Part shown: positions 1 through 12,631 of the stretch, piece by piece | Numbering within the stretch: position 1 is the stretch's first letter | How the letters are laid out: each line of letters starts with the position of its first letter | NCBI GenBank assembly: GCA_977020255.1 | Contig: CDROCS010001086.1 | Coordinates: 124,001 to 188,000 of the forward strand | Direction of reading: 5' to 3' | Length of the DNA stretch: 64,000 nucleotides | Origin: Obrimoposthia wandeli | Lineage: Eukaryota | Translations under genes and position numbers: made by a program | The notes under the pieces: model-generated | What the model saw: the letters and a program-made list of their open reading frames with translations, nothing else | Databases searched by the model: none | Told to the model about the DNA's origin: nothing

Positions 1-949
1 TATTCTAAATAAAGAATAAACAAAGAAACAATAAATAGACAATTACAACATAATTGACCTATAATTAATAAATAGAATAAATGAAATAAATTTCACTTTC
101 TTGACGAATATTGGCTGGACATTAAGATGAAACATTATAAATAAAGAAATACAAACAAAAACAAACCAGAGTTTTTGGCTACAAAAAAAAAGTATTAATA
201 TTTAGTTACAAAAAGGTAATTTGAAATCAGAATTTGGAACAAATTGGATTAAAATAATTGAAATATTAAAATAACACAATATTTATTTGTCATATATTTC
301 CTCAAAAACTGATTACCAGATTAGAATATATTTAAATCATCGTAAACTATACTATACCTATAAATACTACTCATATAAATTTAGAAGAACATATGCACGA
401 AATCACCTTGAATATTAAAAATAATATTTTTGTAATAATTTCTCGATTTTCATTGAACAACCAGCCTCTTTAATTGAAAATGCTACATCCGCTGCTGATA
501 TTGAAGTGTAGAATAATCGTTTTATAAAATATTATTTGTTAATTATATCAAAAAAGGACGTCGATTTAAAACAAACATTATAAACAAATCATCATGTTAT
601 GATGGAAAATCGAAATTAAACTATATAGACAGAGAATAGACAATTATGAATTATATAAAACAGGACAAACCTTAACGTCTTCCTACATTGGGAATCTCAA
701 TATAAATTTTGAAAAGGAAAACTTACAAATGTTTCGTTTACAATATTCTCGGTCTGAAATAAAAAATAAAATTAAGTTTTTACTTGTTTTTATAAATTCA
801 ACATTTATAATTTGCTGTTTCAATTTTTTCAATTAAATGTAAAAAATAAATGCTGTGATTATGAAAACGCTATTTTTTGGTCCACTTGATAAATAAAAAA
901 AGTAAAATATATCTAAATTAACAAAATAAACAAACGATACAATCTAGAC

Positions 950-1645
950 CGCAATTCTCAAATTGATCTATATGGATATGAAAGCTCAAAGATACTACAA
1001 TGTTACTCAATACATATTTAATCAAAATTGTTACAAAACTTCAACTCAAATTAATTTCAAGGGGACAAACCAAATTGATATTTTATTTATATTCAATTTA
1101 TAATAAAACACTCATTATTGTTTATCTAAAATAACTTACAATTTTAATTGAACTTGTCTATATCCTTAAACTTTGAAAGAATTAAAAAATTTAATTACAA
1201 AAACTGTAAATTTAAGTGAAAATGATTCTAAAAAGTAACAGTAAAATGTAATTATTTTTGGGAACTACAGAAAAAACCCAATCTGGGTCGTAAACGAATT
1301 AATTTTTAAAGAGAATAATCCCAAGGTACATCCTTCAGTCTAATTCATATAGGCTATCACAATAAAACTTTCGGAAAATATTTACAAAATAAAAGTACTT
1401 CATAAAAATAATCAAGAAATATGGATATTTAAAAAATTAATTTGAAGATGATTGAAGAATAAAACTGAAATGACTTTATATTACAGCGCTATAGTAAATA
1501 ACTGTGTCATTTTCTGTAAATAATTATTTAATTAATTAACAAAAAGTTTTTATTTAAATTTACATAATCGCTGAATGAATGTTTCGAGTCAATGAAGATA
1601 AAATAAGCTTCGAGGTCTATAGAATGAAAAGGTTGAGAATAGCTG
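950..1645. mobile_element. Possible decayed hAT-type non-autonomous element
   Basis: Right end GGTTGAGAATAGCTG (1631-1645) reads CAGCTATTCTCAACC on the minus strand, a hAT-like terminus. The left end CGCAATTCTCAAA (950) is a degenerate match. Flanks ATCTAGAC / GTCTATAA match 5/8 and resemble the NTCTAGAN target of Charlie-type hATs. Confidence 0.3.
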
Positions 1646-4600
1646 GTCTATAACTTCTGAAACATAAAAGTTGAATTAATTTAAAGATCTAAATAAGTCA
1701 ATTTTCATATACCAGTTTCCTTATCTTAATCGGAATTGTGAATTATATTAGCACAATCAAATTTACTGTTTCCTTCATTTGTATCTAGAATATTTTAGTT
1801 AAACTTCAAAAAATGCTCTAACCGAGAGCCGAGATCCGGTAGTAGATACCTAAAATGGCATACCTAACCCAGCAACATATATGTAAACACTAACTGTTCT
1901 AAAATTGGTGCCCTGAAAAAACAAACAGTTAATTGATTTGTTATTTATATAGAAAATATTACATGGAAGTATAAACAGATGACTTATCTGTTTTATAAGC
2001 AAAAATGCAGTTCAGTCTAATTCGGATTTCAACACTCCCGAACAAAACTATTCATTCGTCATCAATTAACTGTACAATATGTTTTTATTGAAGTTCAAAA
2101 CTACTAAAAAAACATTTAAAGAACTCAACAGAATACCTTAATCGATGACAGAATTAAATTACATATCAGTTAAGAAATGGCGCTGAGATTTGACCCAATT
2201 TTACTTGGGCTTCATTCGATAATAAACCTCAAAACTGAGTTACCACTGATCGTTACTATTTTGCTTTGTTTGGGTTTCATTCACAAATAGTGTTAATCTG
2301 ACCGTCATAGCCAAGAAAGCGGTACATACTTATAGTTATTAAGTAATCATATTACGACTATGATAACGTCATACGACCGAGAAATATGAAAAAGAAGTAC
2401 CAACATCAATGCAAAACTTCTTCGTCAACAAATCTCGATGGCCTTGCTACATTCATAAATTTAAAAAATACTACGATCTAGTTCTTCATAAGCTCGGCTA
2501 GACATAAAGAATAATCGATTCACTCGCTGGTGACAGTTTCTAGATATACATCAAGTAACGAGCAGAAACCTGATACCTTCATCATACTTGCAGCGGTGTA
2601 GCTACTACTGACAACAGATTGAAAAGTGGTTAACTAGTAAACTTTTCATTTTATAAATATGTCTTATTCTATTGCTATTTCTTGTGATATCATATATATA
2701 TATTTCGATTGTTATTTAAGTAGATGAATAAAAATTGGATATGTTTGAAAATATTTATTAACTTTTTTATGTTTAAATCTATTTTAAAAACATACTTGAA
2801 CAAATAAGAGTAATTTAAATAGTTACTAATATTTTATTTCATTTTTTATATGGTTAGTACAAATCTCAAAATTTGTGCAATTGATCTCAAATTTTGATAA
2901 ACATTGAAACAAAAATTGCGAAGATAAGATTGGACATATCTTATATATATATATTTATTTATTTATATTACTTACAACATTTGAATAGCTGTGTAATTTA
3001 TGTAGCGAGAATGACAAAAAATATTGGTTGAAGATGTCAAATTATAAACAAATAAACTTTTGCAATTTGTGGGTTTCAACAATTTCCCACTCTGCTGTGA
3101 ACAAAAATCGAATGAATACCGTTGGCCAGGTGGCCTTGGCTGTGGATTTAACTATGACTGCTTGAATATGGAATCGTCCATTTTCGAATTAATGTGACTA
3201 TGATTAGAACAATAAAAAGTGTATTTGGATTTGGCTGTGTAGATGGCAAGTATATTAAAATACAAAGTCACTTATATACATTTCTAAGGTGAAAATATTT
3301 TTCTGGTAATTGTTAAGTTTATGTTTCGAAAAATACATTTTACTGCAAGTTTAAATTTTAAAATCACAGCCTAGTGGCGAGCAACCTAAAGGAATGTTCA
3401 CTCATTTCAATTCTTCATTTGAGCCAATTTTGTATGGATGTCAATAAACGCTTGTTCTTCGTACTTTCTCATTCCCCCAAAGTAAAAAACAATACCGCAT
3501 ACACAAATTACGATTTTAAGATGCACAACATTTGAGTTTAAAAATATTTGAAATAACATTTATCAATAAAATATGTAGTATTGCACAAATCAGAAAATAA
3601 CAAAAAGTTTCATTAAAGCTATAAATCACGATTACAGATATAATGATTCTTGAAACCCAAACAATTATTTAAAATGTCGGAAATCAATATCCCTAACAAG
3701 ACAATCAAAGTCCGGTGTAAACCTTGTAAACGAACCCCCTCATTCATATTTTCCAAATTTCGTATACAATTTTATTTCGTTTATTTGAATTCGTTAGCAC
3801 TAAAGAATTATAAATAAAAAAAGAAATTAATGTATTTATAGGTAATCGAAATAACCCTCAATAAGAAAATAAAAATTAAATAAGGAATTAACGAATGAAA
3901 ATTTGAAAATGAGTAAGAATAAAATTAATTGAAACTGACGTCGAAGTTGGGTTTTTATGTAACAGTGAACCGTAGATCTTTGGGACTCAAAAAGAAAGGT
4001 TAGGAGAAAGAATCAGAAGCCCAGAAGAAAGATAGAGAAATCAGAATAATTGAAGCAATTACGGATCCGAAATAATAAGTCGAGAAGCAAGAAACAAAAC
4101 AACGACGCGAAGTCAGAATAAGTGGAATAAATACAAGTCAAAAATTGGAGTATTTGCAGAACAGGAACAAAGAGTAATTGAGAGAGAATACTAAGTTGGA
4201 CTCAAAGCAGAATAGAAAAGACCATTTTTAAAAAAGAGATTACAATCAATCTGCAAGTCTAGGATAAAGAATTCAGAAGCAGCTTTGCACAATTTTCAGA
4301 GAAGGGACAACGGAACTAAGAAGCAGATAATCAGCCAAGCTCGAGGCCTCAGGCAAATATGAAATGGACCTATGAACACGAAGAGCAATTAATTATCCAA
4401 AAAACTAGAAAATCGGAGGTTTCGTTTCGTAGCCGAGTCATCCAGCTCATAAATTGCCAATTTTGTTGGTATAGGCATATCCAAACTATTGTTCAAGGGA
4501 ATTATATCGATTGCCTAACTGGCTATAAAGCAGTCATACATTACACCGTACTAGTTTTTTGGGAAAAATAAAAGGATAACTTTTACACAACTCTACACAC

Positions 4601-5965
4601 AGCATAAAACGCCTTTAAAACATGAATACTAGATACGGAGATCCCTAATACGTATATCTATAGAACTCATGCTGGGGGCTTCGATACAAGGATTCTAAAG
4701 TGACTTTCTTGGACAACACAACAAATTGATTGCCTCCAAGGCTGAAAAGGTGGCTTCATATGTTAATTTTGTAAACTTTGCAAACAGTGATGCCGATACG
4801 CGAACAAATACTTGAGTTCCAACTCGGATTAAAATTGAAGATAAGTAACAATATAAACATGTAATATTTTGACGTGCTTTTGAAGTGGCTATTTGTCAAC
4901 ATTGCCTGTGGAACCGCCGAAGGTATAGTAGAAGCTGAACTTTTAGCAGAAGTGGTATTTTATTAACACATATTTTGAAATTTCCATCACTCATTATAAT
5001 ATGGAGACTTATATACCTACTACCCGTGGACTACAAGTTACCCACCACAAATATAAACGATTATAATAAATAAAACGAATTACTGATAACCGCGTTGAAC
5101 CGGATTGCTGAAATAAAAATACAATAAAGCAATTATAATAAATATAGATCTAAAGAAGACATTGAAAAACATAAATGGTATTGTCCATTATTGTCGAAAA
5201 TGCAAAGAATTGGGAACGCTATCAAATACTGTATTTGCTCTAAGGCCCGGTCTCCAAAATAACAGCTCTCATATGAAGATAAGATGACGATGAAGGTTAC
5301 CTAAATTTCAATTATCTGATTAAATTAGGATTCGGGTAGACAAAAAGGAATCAATTTTGACTTTTAAGTGGAGCATATTTGTCGAACACATTAAACATTA
5401 CAAATATAATTATGCAAAAGAATATCAATGCGAAAGTGAAAATGCATTTTGTTACAAATTATCTTTACAAAAAGATTTATTCATTTAAGTTTCAATGTTT
5501 TCATCTCGCGACTTAGTATAGATATTGAAGATATCAGTAAAGTCAAGTCTTTCCTGAAAGTTTTTTTCTCGTTACAACCATGAAAACAGACGCTAAGCAA
5601 AACACGAAGACACAGCATATTTCATATTTCAGCTCGCATGTTGTTTTGTAATTGAATGTCGAGTTCGGTTAAGTTGATTATTTTAATTCTTGAAAACATT
5701 TGTATTCAATGGATGTCAGTCTTACATAACTTCCAATTCAATTGCAACCTATATAAAACCTCACCTTAGAGAAAAATAGCTTGATTAACGGTTTGTAGTC
5801 GGTTGGTATCTTTAAACACCCAAGCAATTTTAATGATTTATAAATTTTATCCTATTGCATTTATGGAGCTGGAGTTTTAGGACCTTTTTTAAAATATGAA
5901 GGCCTCAAATAAGTTTAAAATATTGAGGGTAATAACACACACCATACTCGCAGTATAAGAAAATA

Positions 5966-6961
5966 CTAGATAGAAGATGGTTTGGGGTGTTTTACAAATC
6001 TGTGGCAACTGTAATATTTTGAAATGTATCAACGTTATAGTATTAGTTATTTTATGACATGGTGACGTTTACTTATTAAACCACACCCCACAAATTTGAA
6101 CTAGGCTATGAGATGGGCCTGCCACTTGTTAACAGATGATCAGGAATGAACATGCTTGAAACCATTCAAGAATCAGGGAATTTAGTTGGAGTCAAGCAAC
6201 CTATCAGGGAACAACCGCAACTGACTAGTCAACAACAAGGGAGACGTCGTCAGTGCCCTAGGGAGCTTAATCAAAAAATATAAAACAAAAGAATTCTTTG
6301 TGTAACGTCTTTGTGTGAGTTCGTCATTATATGTGTAGGGTAAACCTATGCTTATATTGTAACTATGTTATATGTATAAAATGTAAATGTATTTTTATCA
6401 AATTAATTAGGGTTGTCTTATTATGTATAGTTTTTCCTACAATTATGTTGTTGGTTAGGGATGCCAATTCTTATTTAATACGATTGACAACCACTGTGGA
6501 TGAGATTGATTGCTCTATCGTGATCGATTTGTTTGTCTCCCATGATATAATTCAAAATTAAACTAACATGTAAGCTATCTTTAGTCAATCAACTAAAATG
6601 TATTCGTAATAAATGAAAACTTTGAAGGGACGTATTTTCTTAAAGAAACTATTGAAATATCAAAGCTCCCAATTTCCTCTGCGAATGATCGTTTGACCGA
6701 TTTAGATAATAGAAAATGATAAGAGTAAACAAAGGAAAATTGTTGTATTTCTATTTCCACGATCCCCGTAATAAAAGATAGCAGCAGTGACATTTTACAA
6801 ATGTACTGAAAATTGGTCAACATTAGTTTTCAGTTTTCAAAGCACAATATGATATGTGAACCTCAAAAGTATTGTAAGATCACATATTAAGTCTTTTTTA
6901 TTCAATGTAAAACGACATAATTATTCTGGGTGTTAAAACATCCCAACCGTCTTCTACCTAG
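5966..6961 (+). mobile_element. piggyBac internal-deletion derivative (~1 kb) with TIRs and a C-terminal transposase remnant
   Basis: Imperfect 30-bp inverted termini: CTAGATAGAAGATGGTTTGGGGTGTTTTAC (5966-5995) and GTTAAAACATCCCAACCGTCTTCTACCTAG (6932-6961). From 6101 the frame reads LGYEMGLPLVNR*...LTSQQQGRRRQCPRELNQK, colinear with LAYELCTPLIRQR...LTRQQAVRTQGRCYMFPRG of the 14370 piggyBac ORF. No TTAA TSD is seen. Confidence 0.6.
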
Positions 6962-8586
6962 ATCCTCTTGTAATGGTTTGTAATTTATACACTAAATCTA
7001 GCTTCAAATAAACAAAGTATGTTGTTAATAATGTCCACATTCTTTTATTAGCATTCATTAACAATGCTGAAATGGCTTCTATCCCTACCACCAAATTTTG
7101 TCGGAACCTTACTTTTTTCGAGGAAGTGATGGCTTTTCCATTCCTAATTTATGTGTTTTTCATTCCTATAATTCGTGTGTGACTTCGTACAAGTTTCTAT
7201 AAACAACTTTCAATTAGAAAACAATTTATTGATGGAATTTAATTTGAGAGCCTTGGCTGCAGTCAATGATAATTAATGCAGCATCCCTATAACTTAATAT
7301 TTTTCATAAAACTGTGCAGTAAAACTAAAATTCAGGAGTGTTTAGTCGTTCAATAAATCATATAGCTTTAACTTTTATTTCGCCTTTATAATATGTATCA
7401 AATTCTACAAAATTCCCCGAATGTTTTTATAGTTCTCCAACTTATCAGTAGACAAAGATTGACAAAGTGTTTTGACGAAACCAAGTAAAATGAGTTGTTT
7501 GATTTGCTATTTTCTCTCGATGTTCATATTCGATAATAGTTTGTAAAAAAGTTATATAATATATTAACTAATTTTTTTTAGAATGTATTTAAAGCATATA
7601 ATTGTATTTACATATGCATGTAGTTAGGACAAATATATGTTTGGAACAAACCTACATCTTCTAAATTCTCTTGATATAGGATATTGTTCAGACAAAATTA
7701 AACAGACCAACAATACAAAAAAGAGGAAAAAACACATAAACATGTGTATCGTCATCCACCATCTTTTATACGTATAAACATTAAAAGATCAAATTTAACA
7801 TTTCGATTTAGCACGAATAAAATAATTGCGATTAAAATTAAACTGCATTCATAATTATTTCGAAAAGTAAATAAAATTGTTTTGCATTTAGAGAGTTAAT
7901 ATTTTTATTTATCATTAAAGTTACTAAACATTGCATTCAATTAAATTACTACAACTTTACGAAATCGACGGATTAAAAGTTAAGTGATATGAATAAAGAA
8001 AAACGATCAGATGTACCCTCAAAAGTTGACCTCACTGTCTGTAGGAGTAAAATTTGTTATTCTGTAATTTAGTTTTTGTACACGTCAAATAATATTCTGA
8101 CAAAATGAAGTCTTCAGAATACAAGGAGATACTTGAAGCAGTTATAGTAAGCAACTTTTATTGATCACCGGGTAAATATGTTGGGCTGGACAGGACACAG
8201 CCAAGATCTAACTTCAATTGTTTTTTCGTGTAAAGGAAATGAAAGCTAATTCAGCGATCACTCTAACGATGGAAACATGTTTACATTAAGGAACTCAAAC
8301 TAAATAAAACAAATTACTGAAATTCGTCTTGAACCCGAATGCTGAAATAAGAATACAAAACAAATTATGATTTTAAATGTTAAACTCATTGTTATGGCTG
8401 AGCATTAAATATATACGACATGAGTAAGGGTTGTGCGTCTTTCAGGACAAAACACCACAACCTAGAACCAACAACAGATTTTTTTTGAAGATTTATGAAA
8501 AATGTGTTTTAATCGACAAATTTCAAAAATATTTTTTAAAATCGTTAAATATTGGTCGATTTAGGTCAAATTTTGAAGACAAAGTC

Positions 8587-8982
8587 ATGTTGCTAGTTGT
8601 TTTTCTTGACAAGGTCATGTTGGCATGGCAACCACCGACCTTATAAGGTCATAACCTTATAAGGACACGGCCTTTTAAGGTCATGGCATTTTCAGGAAAC
8701 TTTCTTTAAAACTATAAATATTTTGATGTAAAGGTGGTATTGACATGTGGTCTTCACAAATGGGTACCTAAGAGTTCCAACCATGGTTAAAATTTTAAAA
8801 TAATGTTGTGTATGTCATATTTTTGAAATTTGGAAATAATAAAATTTTTGAAAATTTTACCTTTGAAGGTCTAAAAAAATAGAAGTTTCCTAAAAAAGCC
8901 ATGGCCTTAAAAGGAAATAATCTCATAAAGTCACTGGTTGCCATGGTAACATGACCCTATACCAAAAAGCACCTAGCAACAT
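8587..8982. mobile_element. MITE/foldback-like element with ~100-120-bp imperfect inverted arms
   Basis: 8587-8705 (ATGTTGCTAG...GGTCATGTTGGCATGGCAACC...CCTTTTAAGGTCATGGC...GGAAACTTTCT) aligns with the reverse complement of 8881-8982. No coding capacity. Confidence 0.65.
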
Positions 8983-9173
8983 AAAAAAATAAAACAATGC
9001 AGCCACAACAAATACTGCGTTTGCTCTAGTAACGCAATTTATAAGATAATTTTGATGATTATTTGATTCATACCACGACAGTGAAATTAAAATATGTTCT
9101 CCATGTCAGGCTCATCAGTTTACTCATAAAGCCTTTTTATTTCAATATATTTACATGCTACACAATCATTTTA

Positions 9174-9176
<3 letters not shown>

Positions 9177-9234
<58 letters not shown>
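9177..9234. repeat. (TA)29 microsatellite
   Basis: Uninterrupted TA run; it explains the YIYIYI tract in ORF 9063..9335. Confidence 0.98.
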
Positions 9235-9236
<2 letters not shown>

Positions 9237-10299
9237 TGTAAAACATACATATCCTTATATGTGATAAATGTAAAAATATTGGGACTTGTATTTTTGTTAA
9301 ACACTCATAATAAACCACTTCGGATTTCTTTATAAAAATAAATATTAGTATCGTATTTTTATTATTATTTCAGAATTGTAATACCCCATAAGCTTGAAAG
9401 TGAGGCTCTTTAAAATAATATTCACCAATTGACCACATCAGATATTTGGACACTTTGTTCACTCAATTAAGGGAAGTGATTGAAAACGTATTTTTAAGTA
9501 GGAAATCGAGAAAACATAAATTAAAATACACCAATTCTTGGTTAATTTTGATTATTAACTGATACATGAGTTTTTAGTAAAATTGGGAAACAATTTGTAT
9601 TTTTTCAAACCGAAACATTGCTGTATCAAATATATTATTAAAAAAGTAGAGAATAAAGTAATTTCTGTAAAATTTGTAAAGGTACCTAAATAGTCAAAAA
9701 TACCTTAAACATTAACTAATTCAAAATCTTATGATGTATCTAATGTCTCCAAATTTACAGAAATCCTTAACGAAATAATTCAATATAAAATTTTCAAGTT
9801 TTCTAAGTGTCAATGTTTTTTTAATATTAAACAATAAGCTTCACTTTTTTGCAACAAAATGTTCGGATCGATTTGCTATTAAAAATAAATTTTTACCTGA
9901 ATTTGTCCTTGTGAAGAATGCTGAAAAGTATTATTTCTTTATGAATAAAACAAATTCTATATAAAGGTCTGGAAAATAACGTAAAACAAGTTCCTTGAGT
10001 GCAAAAGCAGGGTGGAAGTTAATTTCATTCCAGGCTAAAATCGTCCGAGTTAAAAATTACATTAAATCTTGAAATTTTAATCATAATTTAAAATCTGAAC
10101 GATATACGAAAATAGATAATAAATAATTAATATAAAATGAATGAAAGCAAAATTTATATAACTTTATAATATCGTAAATTTATATAAACATGAAATCTTT
10201 TGAAGAAATGCCTTAATTAAAAGAAATTTAAACATAAAATATTAAAATAGAATAAAAACGCATTACATTTATTATATCTCACTTTATTTTAGAATATTG

Positions 10300-10778
10300 A
10301 CTTCGACGGGCTCTTAGACATTTAATCCATTGAGAAGAATGTCAAACAGTTTAGGTTGAATCTCAAGATCGTAATAAAATGGATTTTTAACTTCCTCTTA
10401 CCTTCGCTTGTCTCAGTTTCGTTTTTTATATTTGTAAGTTAATATTGCAATTGACGTTTCCAATCTTTTTTCAAAATTATCAGTTTAATGACCAGGTACA
10501 ACATCAAAAATTAGGTGTATTTTTATCGAAAGAGTCGGATAATTTGTACTACTATCTTTCTAGTCATACTACAATTTTGATGACATTAAACATTTGCCAC
10601 ATAATTTCACTTTTGGGAAAATTTCCTTTTGTGTGGTTTTACTTTTAAATATAATATAAACTGGTAGCTTCTTCCCATCAGCTGTTATGGTAAGTGTAAG
10701 TGTAAAATTCAATTTTTTATACTTTTCACCTATATTAAATCTAATTGGTATATCAAAATTTACTGGAATTTCAACCAT
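10300..10778 (-). pseudogene. pogo/Tigger-family (DDE_1) transposase remnant
   Basis: ORF 10569..10778 reads FTLTLTITADGKKLPVYIIFKSKT, matching the pogo-type motif TVxLxxxADGxKLPPxxIFKxK. MVEIPVNFDIP resembles the degenerate xDETPxxFDMP first-catalytic-D motif. Confidence 0.7.
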
Positions 10779-11192
10779 GTTCTCAATTTAATGTGTGTGG
10801 AGTATGCAATTTTGTGCATGTGTATGCAATCTAATCCACCCCCACCTAAAGGGCGAGAAGGAGGAAAACCCCTACCAATTTTTTGTGTTACTTGAAATGA
10901 AATTTTACTGATAATTTAAAAAGTGATTAAAGTAGACCACAGGAATCCATATTGACCCCGTCAACTTATCGTAGACTAGATTTCAGATAAAACTTTTAAG
11001 TGAATATATGACTGCTATTTTTAAGAAGTAATTAACAGATTTTAGATTAAAAAATTACTACATGTATGCTAAAATGACAAGATAACTAGGTCAGATTTAT
11101 AAAATTTATAGAAGAAAAAAACTGAATTCAAGATAAAATTTATTTCAATACATTTATTAAATAAAACAAATATAAAACACCATATTAGTTTC

Positions 11193-11570
11193 ACTCAAAG
11201 TCCAAAGAGGCTGAATTTTTAGTCATCAGAATAATATCCATTGAGTCGTATTGAAATATTCCATAGTTCTTCGTCTAAAATTGGAGCAATCAAAAATCTT
11301 AGATAATCTCTAAAAGTTAGACTGGAATCAGTTTCAAACTGGAAAAAATTTACTTCGTATGCATAATCAGGTATGTAAAATCCAAAATATATTTTAATTG
11401 ATCAATATCAGATGTGGTTAAAATTTCAATTAAATATTAATTCTCCACTGTGATATTTCTACAGAATTAAAAACACGTATAATTTGATGCCTCTTTAATA
11501 AATTACATGGTTTTCCTTTGAAATTCTTTCTGAATAATAAAAATTTCCTACATATCTCAGAATAGGATCA
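11193..11570 (-). pseudogene. Frameshifted homolog of the unknown ORF at 60788-61153 (ORF D)
   Basis: Minus-strand translation gives GFYIPDYAYEVNFFQFETDSS...IAPILDEELWNIS...SLFGL*, matching GFYIPDYVYEGNSFQLETDPS...IAPILDEELWNIS...SLFGL* in copy 2. Confidence 0.85.
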
Positions 11571-11969
11571 TTCTAAAATAAATAAACTAATTTAAAACAA
11601 TGTTTATAAAAAATACATATAAGATACAAATATTATGAAATAAAAATAAAAAAACTGTTTACTATTTATTACATGTAAAATGAAAGAAACATGTTAAAGA
11701 AAGATAAATAGTTAAAACATAGGGATATGAGCATGTTCATTTTTCCACATAAGTAGCTTTGTTCCAATTTCTTGTAACAATAAAGCCGAATTCTTACAGT
11801 GCATTGCTTCTTTTTCGGAAACGCATTAACGTCAATTTCTGTTCTATATTAATCTAAAAATACTGCATCAGCTCTTAAGATATAAAATTCGTTCTTATTG
11901 AATGTAAAACTTGGAACTGCCTTTTATACTTTTGGTTTAAGATATTGAAAATCTAAAAAATCTTCATAT

Positions 11970-12316
11970 TGAAATTTTAGGAAGTTTTTGTGTTATGGGA
12001 TTTATGAGAGACAAAACACTGTTGAATGAGATCAATTTACCATTTCGAATTCAAATCAGCTCCATACAATCAATCACAGTTTCAAGTAATCTCGTGAAAC
12101 CAATAAATCTTTATAAAACTGCAGAAAAAATGAAAGAATGCATGTTTGAACCTGAATTTTTCCTGTACTCAGTAATTTGAAGTTTACACCGATATGTGTA
12201 AATATATTTTCAAGTGGTAAAGTTAAGATATTATGATTAAGATATTTGGATTAGTAATACACTGTTAAATAAATTTTAGAAAATCAATTTTATTAAATTT
12301 TGTTATCTTTTCTATA
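11970..12316 (+). pseudogene. TBP-like gene, exon 2 only (copy 1), with a frameshift and stops
   Basis: TTTTAG|GA acceptor, then GSFCVMGF...IQSITVSSNLVKPINLYKTAEKMKECMFEPEF. After a frameshift near 12165-12180 it continues LKFTPICVNIFSSGKVKIL, the C-terminal TBP repeat signature (EPExF...IFxSGKV). Confidence 0.85.
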
Positions 12317-12631
12317 AACAAACCCGTTTAAATTAAAAATTGTTTCAAATGATTAATACTATAAATACAGACAATGAAGTGGATCATTTTATTGATGAAA
12401 TTTTTTCTGGAAATTTATTTTATCCCAATTAAAAAATAATGAAACTACAAGACATAATAATGAAATATTGGTTAGATCACATGGTATTCAAGAATTTAGA
12501 AATCAAACGCAAATAAATAAAATTATAGCCAAATATTCATTAATTAATTTTTGTATTTTATCTACAGTAGCTTTTCAATAAAAAACAAAGCTAATATCGT
12601 GAATTCTTACTAGAGTCCATCTACTACTTAA

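Larger units (their letters stand above)
10786..12516 (+). mobile_element. Second, diverged and internally deleted copy (copy 1) of the TBP-like-gene element at 58760-61667, in inverted orientation
   Basis: 10786-11215 aligns to the reverse complement of ~61140-61510 (TGTGTGTGGAGT..., GACCACAGGAATCCATATTG, TAGGTCAGATTTATAA, TTCACTCAAAGTCCAAAGAGGCTG). 11193-11570 is the minus-strand homolog of ORF 60758..61153. 11740-11950 matches the 3' half of ORF 60163. 11960-12415 matches TBP exon 2 and its downstream sequence. The outermost TIR and TSD were not found. Confidence 0.9.

Noticed and set aside
3950-4850. Purine-rich, coding-like stretch (possible retroelement gag remnant) including ORF 4359..4571
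   Set aside because: Many stops and no diagnostic motif that I can name with confidence.
9063-9335. 90-aa ORF with a YI repeat
   Set aside because: It is a translation of the (TA)29 microsatellite.
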